64,000 nt of DNA from Elsinoe ampelina (lineage: Eukaryota): assembly GCA_010093995.1 (NCBI GenBank), contig ML992503.1, forward strand, positions 549,234 to 613,233. Reading direction: 5' to 3'. Below the pieces are notes generated by a model, which saw only the letters and a list, made by a program, of their open reading frames with translations, searched no databases and had not been told where the DNA came from. How positions within the stretch are numbered: the stretch's first letter is position 1; every line of letters begins with the position of its first letter. Positions 46,274-58,184 of this stretch are shown one piece after another. The position numbers and the translations under genes are program-made.

Positions 46274-49200
46274 TGTTATAAACTGTCTAAACATAGTCTA
46301 TACTAGTGGTCTAAGCTAAGCTAAGAACAAGGTAGTTAGGGTGGTTAAGTGGGTAATTACTATACTCTAAAGAGTATAGTAATTACAACGTGACTTTTCG
46401 TGAAATTTTCGTGTTTTTTGATATTTTAACGTGCATTAGTAAGCGTATTTTACTAATAAAGATATTTGGTCTATACTATCAAAAATTCTGCATTTTTTAG
46501 TACTATTTTTGCTTATGTAATCTTAGATCCTGATTTTTAGTAGTGATTTCAAATTTCTTTCTTCTTCTAAAAATCAGGATCTAGGATTACGTAAGCGAAA
46601 GTAGTACCAAAAAATGTAGATTTTTTTATAGTATAGAAAAAATACTTTAGATTATAAAAGAAGCTTACTAATACACGTAAAAACATTAAAAAACACGAAA
46701 ATTTCACGAAAAGTTATGTTGTAATTACTATAGTAATTACCCACTCGACTACCCTAAAGGTAGTTCTACTTCTATAGTAGTATAGCACTAAGGTAAGAGT
46801 TAGAGAAGGTATGTCTTGTAGATAATAAAGTACAATTAGATAGTATTATAAAGGCTAGCCTTAGTAATACTAGTATTTACTATCTAGATAAGGTTAACTA
46901 TAGTACTTATATAAGGTAAGGACTATTCCTATATATATGTGCTCTTTACTACGTACTCTATATGCTCTATATACTCTATAGCGAGGGTCGGGGACAATAT
47001 AGAGTATATATCTACTAGTAACCTATATACTCTATAGTTTCTAGAGTAGAGCTACTAGAGAAGATAGAGAACTAGGTAAATATTAGGCTAGGTCACGTAA
47101 TAACCTTAGTAGTTTAATTAGTCCTAACGTCCCTACGCTCTAGCTATCCTACTAGTTTATAACATTACTCTTCTCCTTTAATCGAGTTGTCTTAATAAGT
47201 AAGTATTCTTTCTTATCCTTATATACTATATACTAAACATACCTCCTAGTTGTTAAAGGCATAGTAAATCTAGTATATTTATATAAAAGAACCTCTTAGA
47301 GTTTATTAAATTATTTAGAACTAACATGCTATAAGCTTACTCTTATTACAAGTTAAAAGAGCTAGACTATAAAGTCTATATTTAGTTAGGTATTTATAGC
47401 TAGTGTGTCGTAAGTAACTATTTAGGTTATAATATTTAGGTAACAAAATCGGAATAGTAGCATCTCTATTCTAAGCATATTTATTTACGAAAGAAATTAG
47501 TTATAGCTAAGGCTACTAGAAAGAAAGCTAAAGAAGCTTATAAAAAGGTAAAAGAGACTTATTAAAGAGCTATAGGTAATAAGCTTTACCTATATAAAGA
47601 GATATAGAAATTAGAGAATAAGGCAGAGAAAGTAATTTCTCTAGAGGAAACCTGTATTTAAGTTCTAGAGTAAGAAGAAATACTATCGTTAGTAAATTCT
47701 GTCCTACTATAGAATTAGTAATTATTTATACCTAACTCCGATTAGAGTTCTCTATTCGACAACGATTAGGGTACTTCTATTAGCTAAGTAGTCTTCCTTA
47801 GGCATTCTTGTTTTTGTTTAGTATTAGTAGTGTTAGGCCTACCTAGTTAGTTTACTTATAATAGGTTTTTGGTTTAGTAATCTAAGATTACTTATAAGGT
47901 AAGATGTTTCTCTAGTTCCTATATTGCCTTACTATACTAATGTCCTTTCTAGTAGATAAGATAGTAATGCTTTTCTCTTATAGATTTATAACGTAAAACT
48001 CTTTTAATCTTATACTATAGCTCCTATATCTCTTTATCTAGTTTAATAGGTCTAGGTACTATATCTTATAGTGCTTTCTCTAATAGTAATATATAAAAGA
48101 CTAGGTAGATCCTTATATATCTAGGTAGTTCTAGTTTATATATGTTTTTGTTTTTCTTTTCTAGGATCTTAAAGGGTCCTAGTTTAGTATAGTTAAGTTT
48201 CTTACTCGGTTGTTTCGTTTTAATGTTTTTACTAAGGAGATAAACTTTCTCTCTCTCCTATAGAATTAGTCCTATAATTCTCTTCTAGTTAGCAAACTCT
48301 ACTATTCTTTATAATATAAATACTATATCGTAGTATAGCTAGTTATATAGTTTCTTAATATTAGCTACTAGTATATTAGTATCCTTAGATATTAGCTTAA
48401 TTCTAAGTATGTTATAGTATAGATCTAAGTATATTCTATAGTTTATATAGAATAGTAAAATTCTATTCGCTAACTTTCTATTATTAATAGCGAGCTCTAT
48501 AAGTAGTAATAGTGTTACCTATAAGTCTTACTTATAGTTTAGATAGTATCGTAGGTACTACTCTAGTACTTAATTTACCTATTTAGTTTGTCCGTTCGTT
48601 TATAGATAAAAAGAGATTAATAGCTTATATTTAACTCCTAGTAGGTCTATAAATAATTACTAGAATTGTAATATAAATAGCTTATCCCTATTAGTTATTA
48701 GGTCTCGTAGTACTCTATATTATAAAACAATTATTTAGAGGAAGGTAAAGGCTATATTCTTAGTAGTTGCTATTGTCTTATATAGTATAAAGTAGTAATA
48801 CTTCGTAAACCTATCTACTAGGACTAGAATGCTATTATACTTTATACTTATAAGAGGCTCTTCTAATAGTAGTAGAGGTTCTATAAAGTCTATCGTAACT
48901 AATTACTATAGTTTGTCTAGTAGTAGCAAGAGTTATAGTAGGCTATATAATTTATATTAAGAGTGTTTAGACTTGTAGTATATATCGTATATAGCGATAT
49001 ATATCCTAATATCGTTTCGGAGTCCTTTCTAAAGATAGTTTTATATAATAAGTTTAATAGTCTTATTGATCCTACTATGTCCCGCTATTAGGTTATTATA
49101 GTGTATTTAAATAACTTCTTTTTTCTGTTCTTATATAAGCTCCTAGGTAAAGCTATATAACTACTCTATCTTTAGGTACTTATAGACTAAAGTACTATCC

Positions 49201-52200
49201 TACTACTTTAGTATAGAGGCTTCTATTATTGTTATGTTTTTTAAGTAATTTAGCTAGCGGCTAAGAGCGTCTACTCCGCTGTTCTCTAATCCCTTAATAT
49301 AGTAGATCTAGAAGTTATAGCTTGTAAGTGTTTCTAACTATTAAACCTATTATCTATTAAGAACCTTAGTTGTTATCTAATATAGAAGGTTCTTATAGTC
49401 GGTGTAGACTTATACTAGTAAGGTTGTCTCTTCTAGGTATACTCTCTATTTGTAGAATACTTCTATAATTGTAAGTAATTCCTTATTATATATATTGTAG
49501 TTAAGTTTAGGTCTAGTCATTTTTCGTAAGTAGTATATAATTAAGTAGCGTTATTCTTCCGCATCCTTCTACGCTAGATACACTTCTATTACAAAGTCTA
49601 AGGTATCTATTTCTAGTAGTACTTATTAGTCTAGGTTAAAGAGTACTAGGATAGGTACTATTATAAGTCTAAGCTTTTGCTCCTTAAAGGCCTACCTATA
49701 CTTCTTATTAAAGACAAAGCTAGTTTCTTTCTTTATAAGGTTAGATATTAGTATAGCTACCTTAGAGAATCCTTTAATAAACTTATAGTAGTAGTTAAAG
49801 AACTCTAGTAGTGCTTAAACCTCCTTAACTATAGTAGGTTCTAGCTAGTTATTTACTAACTTAATCTTTTTTAGGTTAGGTCTAATGCTATTAGTAGATA
49901 TAATATAGCTTAGAAATTGTATCTTATATTTATAAAACTTATACTTAAAGAGCTTTACTAGTAGGTCTTTCTCTTTTAGTTTCTATAGCACTTTATAAAT
50001 ATATCCTATATATTTATTATACGTCTTTAAGAAAATAATAATATTATCTAAATATGCTAAGATAAAGTTGTTAAGGTATTCTTATAGAGTGTTATTAATT
50101 AACTCTTAGAAGGTTATAGGAGCGTTAGTTAACCTAAAGAGTATAACGAGGTACTTATATAGACTCTATTATATCTTAAAAGCTATTTTCTACTCCTTAC
50201 TTTCCTTTATTTGTACTTAATAATAGACATCCCTAATATTAATTATAGTAAACTATTTAGCTCTAAGTAGTTAGTCTTAAAGTTTATTAATTCTTAGTAG
50301 AGAATAGTAATTCTTCCTAGTAAGTGTATTAAGTTTCTAGTAATTAATATATATTTATAACGTTCTATCTTCTTTAGGTATAAAAAGCACTTCGTGTGTA
50401 ATAGGTAATTTTAATAGTTATATAAATCCTTTAAGTAAGTACTTATCGATATAGTTCTTAAAGACGTTCTTCTCTTATTTCAATAGTAGTATAAGACCTT
50501 AATAGTGTATTAGGGATTTACCCTCTTTAAAAGGTATTTTATAATTCTATAGTTTATATTAGAGTAAGGCTATAATACCTTCTCTTTCTTTAAATAAGTC
50601 CTTAAAGTCTTTATATTTCGGCGGAAGTACTTAATTACTTACGCTAGTAATAGCTCTAACTATTAGTTATACCTATACTATCCTTATAGTTAGTATCTAT
50701 AGAGCTAATTATGCTTCCTATGTCTTATAATTATACTTAGGGAATTTAAGTGTTTCTTTAATCTAGTCTATATCTAGATTGTGTTATTAAAGCTAGTCTA
50801 TACTAAGTACTATATTATACTACATGTTAACTATATTAATTAATCGTTTTTCTATATGTATTTTAATTTTAATTATAACATTTCGTAGTTCCTAAGTAAC
50901 TTTCCTATTCTTTCCTATAGGGGTTCTATCCGCTATAGTAAGTAGGTAAGGTAACTCCTTCTAGTATTAATAAGGTTTAAGCTAATTAGCAACTATTATA
51001 GAGATATAGCTATAGTTAGCTCTTAAATCTATTATTGCTCTTACCTTATTTCCTTATATATAGACTTCTAGTATAAAGTAATTTAATATATAGATCTTTA
51101 TTATATTAAGGCTTTAGCTAGTGTTATTGTCTTACCTTATTAGGCAATAACTATTTAGTTTTTTGTCATTATAGCTCCTTAGATAAGTAGCTAATTCCTT
51201 CCTATATGTATCTATTATTAGTACTATATCTATTAGGCAAGTTATGTTTTATTATTGTTTAATATAGCAAGGTAAACTTCTAGCGCCTAAGTCCCTTAGT
51301 AACTATAAAGTCTAATAATTCTCTACTAGTTGTACTAAGTAGTGTTATACACCTATATTAGTATAACTATTCCTTCTAGGTGTAGCTAGATGTTAGTATC
51401 GAAGACAAATATAAGTTAAGTAGATTTATCTTATTATGTTCTATTCTAGTAGTAGGTGTATATTATTATATAATTTCTCTATATCCCTATAAGGTATACT
51501 TTAAGTTATCTACCCGGTAGTAGTATATCGTCGTTATCGAATAAGTCCTTATCTATATTATTATACTATAGTTATTCGGTGTATTCCTTGTTATATTTCT
51601 CTTTATCGCTACTACCTCTAGTATAGTTATAGTTAGTAAGGCTACACTAAGTACACTCTTATACTTAGCTATAGGGAATAGTACTACCTATCTTAATTAC
51701 CGAGAAGTCCGTAGTGTATTTAAGACTAATAGTATCTTCTCTAAGTATATCGTGTAAGTAGATAGTATAGTACTATTTATAATCTAGACTTATACATTTC
51801 TAGAGTAATATATAATATACCTTTCCTTATAGTTTACTATAAGAACTAAAGGTAAGGTTACTATATTATTATATAGCACTTATGTCCTAATACTTCGTTT
51901 CGATAATTGTATATTAGTAGTTATTACTAACTACTTTCTAAGGTTAGTTAATATTATTACTAATTATAAGAAGCCCTTCTAGGTTAAACTCCTAGTCTAG
52001 CTATTTCGTTAGTTGCCTATACTTAGATAGCTTATATAGAAACTAACTAGATCCCTACTTGTCTAATAAGTAAATATAACAAGAGTTATTATAATATACT
52101 ATCTATAATAGCGTTATATATTAGCTTCGTTGTTTACTATTAGTTATAGAGATATTAAGTATAATATCTAGAGAGAATTCTCTTGCCTCTTAAGTCGTTA

Positions 52201-53716
52201 TAGACTCCTTCTATATTTCCTTACCTACGCTATAGGTCGTTAGGTCTTCTATAGTAGTATTAGCCTTTTTCTCTACTAGCCTAGTAACTATTATATATAA
52301 TCTATTAGCTAGTGCCCCTTGTCGGTAGTCTCTAGCTCGATGTCTAGGTCTTTTATACTTAAAACATAAATTGTCTTATCTATACTTCTCTCTCTCTTTT
52401 CTACTAAGGAACTTTCCTCTATAGCTATAGCCTTATACCTATAAGGGGCAGCCTTTACGTATAGTATTAAGTTCTATAGAGTCTCTATAGTTTCGAGAGG
52501 AACGCGTATATCTAGTATTTACCTTATATCCTCTATAACGTTCTATATGTCGTTTATAAAGTCTATTATTAATAGCAATTATAGTGTCTACTAGTTCCTA
52601 AAGGCTATTAGGCAGCTCGAGTATTATTTAGTCTTTAACCGAGTCGCTTAGTCCTTAATAGAATACTAAGTGTTTAGTACTATCGTTCTAGTCTAGATAT
52701 ATTACAAGTTATTAGAACTAGGAATAGTACTAGGCTATAGACCTACGTTGTTATAGTTATTAGATCTTTATTATAGCGATATATTCCTTATTAGATACGT
52801 TAAAGACTTGCTTAATCTTTGCCTAGAAGATATTAAAGCTCTTAAAGATAGCCTTTATATCTAGGCTTAGTTATCTATCTAGGTAGCTACTTATATAAGG
52901 CTTAAACTACCTAAAGGTAGCGCCTTTAAGGTATATCCTAGCATAGAGAACCTTCGCTACGTCGTTAGCGTACTTATCCCCCTCTAGGGCAAAGAAGGCT
53001 TTAAGTTAAATAAGAAAATGCCTTAAGTAGGCACGGTCTTTATAGAAGAGTTCTACTTCTAACTTAGGCTTACTCTATCCTTCCTCTATACTAAGAAACC
53101 TTCTATATTTACCCGAGGTTAAACTAGTAGTAGATATGTCGTTAATAGTAAGCTTTCCTAGCTTACTAGCGATTAAAGATACTAATAGTAACTTAGAGTA
53201 AGAGTTACTTATTAACCTCGTAGCGTGCTATACTATAGTAAGAGTAGTTAAAATGTTACGAACTGTCTAAATATAGTCTACACTAGTAGTCTAAGCTAAG
53301 CTAAGAATAAGGTAGTTCTACTTCTATAGTAGTATAGCACTAAGGTAAGAGTTAGAGAAGGTATGTCTTATAGATAATAAAGTACAATTAGATAGTATTA
53401 TAAAGGCTAGCCTTAGCAATACTAGTGTTCGCTATCTAGACAAGGTTAACTATAGTACTTATATAAGGTAAGGACTATTCCTATATATATATACTCTTTA
53501 CTACGTACTCTATGTGCTCTATATACTCTATAGCGAGAGTCGAGAGCGATATAGAGTATATGTCCGCTAGCAACCTACGCGCTCTATAGTTTCTAGAGTA
53601 GAGCTACTAGAGAAGATAGAGAACTAGGTAAATGTCGGGCTAGGTCACGTAATAACCTTAGTAGTTTAATTAGTTCTAACGTCCCTACGCTCTAGCTGTC
53701 CTACTAGTTCGTAATA
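46274..53716 (-). mobile_element. Full-length chromoviral Ty3/Gypsy LTR retrotransposon, RIP-inactivated; LTRs 46274-47164 (contains MITE) and 53254-53716
   Basis: 463-bp direct LTRs TGTT..AACA/AATA and 5-bp TSD AGTTA/GGTTA (46269-46273, 53717-53721). Minus-strand motifs: CCHC knuckle ~52325-52372, protease IDSGA ~51020, RT AYLD(D)I ~50045, integrase, chromodomain YLI.WKG...WEPE ~47900-47970. PPT next to 47164. Confidence 0.93.
46337..46756. mobile_element. 420-bp foldback (near-palindromic) non-autonomous hAT-type MITE
   Basis: Ends TAGGGTGGTTAAGTGGGTAATTAC / GTAATTACCCACTCGACTACCCTA, with 8-bp TSD AAGGTAGT (46329-46336, 46757-46764). Absent from the other Gypsy LTR. Arms are inverted copies over ~190-200 bp. 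Confidence 0.88.
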
Positions 53717-54779
53717 GGTTAATTCTCTACTATCTTACTTTTTAAACATTAAAATCTATTAAGAACTACCTTAACTATAACTACAGGATTTAGGTATTAA
53801 TAAAGAGATAAACAACTATAGATACTAACACCTTAATAGCTAGAACACCTATTATTCTTACTATATTAGCTAAATAGGCTAGCTAGCTATACATTATTAA
53901 GATAAGAGTATTAAATACTAAGATATAGAACCTTATTAATCCCTAGAAGACTATTAAACTAGAAGGGCTCTCTAAGCCTTAAAGGCTAGAGGTAGCAAAT
54001 ACTAATTCCTTAGCACTCTTCTAGATATATAAGGAGAAATAAGTATAGTATAATAAATAGCTTAAGGCCTTAGTAGATCTTATAAGCCTTATTTAGTTAT
54101 TAATTGTACTATAAGTTCTTACTATTATCTAACTAAAGGGAGATCCTTATCTCTAGGCTATCCTTAGAGTATTAAAGAACAGATTTACTCTATCTAATGT
54201 AGCTATTTAGCTTAAGGTTAAAGCACTTTAGAGGAAGTAGCTATCTAGTCCTTCCTTATAGAATATAGACTATTAGCTTTAGTAATAGAAAGAGGTTATA
54301 GATAAGGCTAGGAACTATAATCTACTAGAAGCTTAAGGCTTAAGGCTATAGAGAGACTTCTTACTCTCTATCTTAAAGGCTAAACTAGCATTTACTAATA
54401 AGTATCTTATTAATCTAGATTTACTAACTCTACTAACTATGCTTAAACTAATTACTAAGTTTAGATAGTTTTATAAACTCTATAAGCTATATAGCACTAT
54501 AAAGGCTAGTAAGAGAGCTACGGCCTTCTCTATAGCTACTAAGAATATTCTTTATAAGAAACCTAGTCCCTCTAGAGAGCCTAAATATATGTACTAAGGC
54601 CGGTATAAGTAGATTAAGTACTATTACTTAAATAAGTATCTAAGGCTAGAAGGATAGACACTAAACTAGTAGACTATAAAGGAGGTTAAATAAAGGCTAA
54701 ATAATAAGACTCTTAAAGAGAGAATTAAGGCTTCTATTACTAAGGAAGTATAACATTAGAAGGGGTTAACCCTACTAGT

Positions 54780-55169
54780 NNNNNNNNNNNNNNNNNNNNN
54801 NNNNNNNNNNNNNNNNNNNNNNNNNNNNNNNNNNNNNNNNNNNNNNNNNNNNNNNNNNNNNNNNNNNNNNNNNNNNNNNNNNNNNNNNNNNNNNNNNNNN
54901 NNNNNNNNNNNNNNNNNNNNNNNNNNNNNNNNNNNNNNNNNNNNNNNNNNNNNNNNNNNNNNNNNNNNNNNNNNNNNNNNNNNNNNNNNNNNNNNNNNNN
55001 NNNNNNNNNNNNNNNNNNNNNNNNNNNNNNNNNNNNNNNNNNNNNNNNNNNNNNNNNNNNNNNNNNNNNNNNNNNNNNNNNNNNNNNNNNNNNNNNNNNN
55101 NNNNNNNNNNNNNNNNNNNNNNNNNNNNNNNNNNNNNNNNNNNNNNNNNNNNNNNNNNNNNNNNNNNNN
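54780..55169. other. Assembly gap (N run)
   Basis: Run of N. Confidence 1.
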
Positions 55170-55409
55170 AAGGGAAGATAATCCTTAACTATTAGCCTTT
55201 ACTATAGTTACTACAAGGACTAATTAATCTTAGTATAAAGTTATAGGCTATCTAAGCCTAGAATCTATTAATTACCTTCTAACTACTATAGTTAGTAGTG
55301 AACTAACTCTAACTAAGCCTAGTTTAGTAGCTTAACTAACTTATCTTAGGTCTCTATATTAGACTTATAAGCTATTAAATGCTTAGTAGATTATATTAAG
55401 GAGCTCTAA

Positions 55410-55949
55410 NNNNNNNNNNNNNNNNNNNNNNNNNNNNNNNNNNNNNNNNNNNNNNNNNNNNNNNNNNNNNNNNNNNNNNNNNNNNNNNNNNNNNNNNNNN
55501 NNNNNNNNNNNNNNNNNNNNNNNNNNNNNNNNNNNNNNNNNNNNNNNNNNNNNNNNNNNNNNNNNNNNNNNNNNNNNNNNNNNNNNNNNNNNNNNNNNNN
55601 NNNNNNNNNNNNNNNNNNNNNNNNNNNNNNNNNNNNNNNNNNNNNNNNNNNNNNNNNNNNNNNNNNNNNNNNNNNNNNNNNNNNNNNNNNNNNNNNNNNN
55701 NNNNNNNNNNNNNNNNNNNNNNNNNNNNNNNNNNNNNNNNNNNNNNNNNNNNNNNNNNNNNNNNNNNNNNNNNNNNNNNNNNNNNNNNNNNNNNNNNNNN
55801 NNNNNNNNNNNNNNNNNNNNNNNNNNNNNNNNNNNNNNNNNNNNNNNNNNNNNNNNNNNNNNNNNNNNNNNNNNNNNNNNNNNNNNNNNNNNNNNNNNNN
55901 NNNNNNNNNNNNNNNNNNNNNNNNNNNNNNNNNNNNNNNNNNNNNNNNN
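55410..55949. other. Assembly gap (N run)
   Basis: Run of N. Confidence 1.
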
Positions 55950-56043
55950 CTAAAACTAATTAGATTACTTAATCTACTAAGGCTCCTATAGGAGATTAAT
56001 AAATCTAAAGAGGTATATAAAGTAGAGGGAACAACTAAACTAA

Positions 56044-56236
56044 ATCTAGTTTAGAATCTAGTTTAGTATCTAGTTTAGTATCTAGTTTAGAATCTAGTTT
56101 AGAATCTAGTTTAGAATCTAGTTTAGTATCTAGTTTAGTATCTAGTTTAGAATCTAGTTTAGAATCTAGTTTAGTATCTAGTTTAGTATCTAGTTTAGAA
56201 TCTAGTTTAGAATCTAGTTTAGAATCTAGTTTAGTA
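56044..56236 (+). repeat. 12-bp tandem repeat TCTAGTTTAG(A/T)A, about 16 copies
   Basis: Directly visible array with two interspersed unit variants. Confidence 0.9.
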
Positions 56237-56573
56237 GCTAAACTAGATACTATCTTAGACTCTAAGTTAGAGTAGAGTAGTTAGTAGGTAGAGTAGGGTA
56301 TATAATTTAGATACCTATACCCTACTCTACCTATACTCTACCTACCTCTTAGTATACCTATACTAAGGTAGGTAAGGGTAGGGTATACCGGGAGGTAGGT
56401 AGAGTAGAGTAGAGTAATTAATTTTATACCTAGTAGAGTATTAGTAATCTAAAAAGTTTAAGTAGCAATCTTAAAAGTTAATAAGAGAGGATTACTAATT
56501 ATAGATTATAATTACAAACTGTATTCTCTAATGCTACTACTTATAGATTTTGCACTTTTAATCCCTATTATAC

Positions 56574-57839
56574 CTAGGCATTAGACATCTCCTTATCCTT
56601 AACCTTAGTAGTATCCTTATCCTCTATATCTTTATCCTCTATATCCTTATCCTTATTATCGTTATTAGTGTTAGTCTTAAGCTCGGAGTACTCTATAACC
56701 TTATTATTCTTATCCTTACTATCCGACTTATCTTTAACTTTAACACCTAAATAATTATTCTCCTTACTACTAGCTTCTTTATCTAATATCCTTTCGATCT
56801 TATTCTTATCCTTCTTAACCTTCTCCTTACACTTGTTATTATTATCTCCTTTATAGTATAGCCTAGTACTATAGAGTTTAAGCTCGGAGATGTATTTATA
56901 CTTAGGAGGTAAGGGAATAACTTGCCTATATAATTGTTAGAATACACTATAATTAAAGACTATAATAAACTTACTACTAGTTAGGATCCTATAAGACTAC
57001 TAATTCTATAGGAGAGAGCTCTTTAAGCTACTTAAAAAAAATCTCGTGCGCCTATTTATTATTAGTGTCGTTAGTAACAAGGCTTATATAGCTATCCTAG
57101 TAAATCTAGCGCTATAGCTTCTCGATAATACCGCTAGTACCGTAGATATATATATAGGCTTATATTAGCTATTATTTGCCTTACTAATTTACTACTATAT
57201 TATCTTAGATACGCTTAATAATCTTATTATACTCTTACTTTTATAGAGTCTTTCTAATACTAGTCTATTTCTTATAGGTCTATATAAATATAGATTCGAG
57301 CTACTCGCCTACAATAATTAGTACTACTATAATAGTATACTATAATAATAGACTTACTACTCCTCTACTTATTAAAGCGTTTCTCCTTTATATTATTAAT
57401 AGTATTATTAATTTTAATATTCTGCTTATTAGTAGAGAGCTAGTCCTATCTATTCTCTACCTTAATCTTGTTACGTAAAGTACTAACTACTTTACGATCT
57501 ACTATATAAGTAGTAGCTAGAGCTTGCTTCTTATATATACGCTAAGAAGTATAATCTTTCTACTTAATAGTATAAGCGCTTTAACTTAGAGGTCTAGAGT
57601 GTCTAGCGACAAATCTAGTCTTATAGCCCCTTCTAGTTTAACTAGCGCTACGCTAAGAGATCTAGTATTTAATTTTCTGCTACTTAGAATTAAACCTCTA
57701 GTATTGTTAGTAACTGTATATAATAAGAAACTATAATTAATACCCCTAATAATTCCTTTAGAATATTCTCTCTAGAGTCTTCTTCTTACTTAATTACTAC
57801 CTACTCTTTCTACTCTATCTTAATATCTTCTATAGGTAT
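56574..57839 (-). pseudogene. RIP-inactivated unknown spliced gene with acidic C-terminal tail (hAT passenger)
   Basis: One reading frame is held across three intron-like segments (GT..CTAA..AG), and the stops seen are TAA/TAG types explicable by RIP. De-RIPed start MPVEDVETEQKE, end EDEDVEDEDATEVEDEEMSDA*. Confidence 0.6.
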
Positions 57840-58184
57840 AGATATTTAATTAAATGTAATAAAAAGAGTATTTATAGTATATGAATTGTATATAAGGTAA
57901 GTAAAAGAGGTAAAGGTATAAAAGTAAAGTTAGAGTTAGGAATTATAATTTATAAATATATAAAATAATAAAAGGGAAAGCTAGAGTAAGGAACAAGAAA
58001 GCTATTATTATATAAGTTATTTATTATTCTTCTATTGTTCTTATTGTTAATAGTAAATAGTATATCTAATAATAGATTTTATATTTCTTACTCTAGCCTT
58101 CCCTTTTTACTATTTTATATATACTAAAATTTTATATACGAACTTTAACTTCTTAGCTATATATAAATAACCTCTCGTTTTACT

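Larger units (their letters stand above)
45942..56267 (+). mobile_element. Ty1/Copia LTR retrotransposon (same family as 1-989), RIP-degraded; 5' LTR 45942-46201; interrupted by Gypsy (46274-53716) and by hAT from ~56268
   Basis: LTR starts TGTCAACC and is followed by PBS-like GTTATAAGCCCGG. Gag zinc-knuckle-like stretch ~54580-54650. GAG-pre-integrase motif de-RIPed WHEVMGHPGPESINHL at ~55231-55278. Confidence 0.85.

Noticed and set aside
56044..56236. CRISPR-like or telomeric array
   Set aside because: The 12-bp units are contiguous with no spacers and are not TTAGGG; eukaryotic TE context.
56574..57839. Histone H4 as divergent partner of the H3-like gene
   Set aside because: No GRGKGGKGLG or other H4 motif even after reverting RIP, and the frame is far longer than H4.
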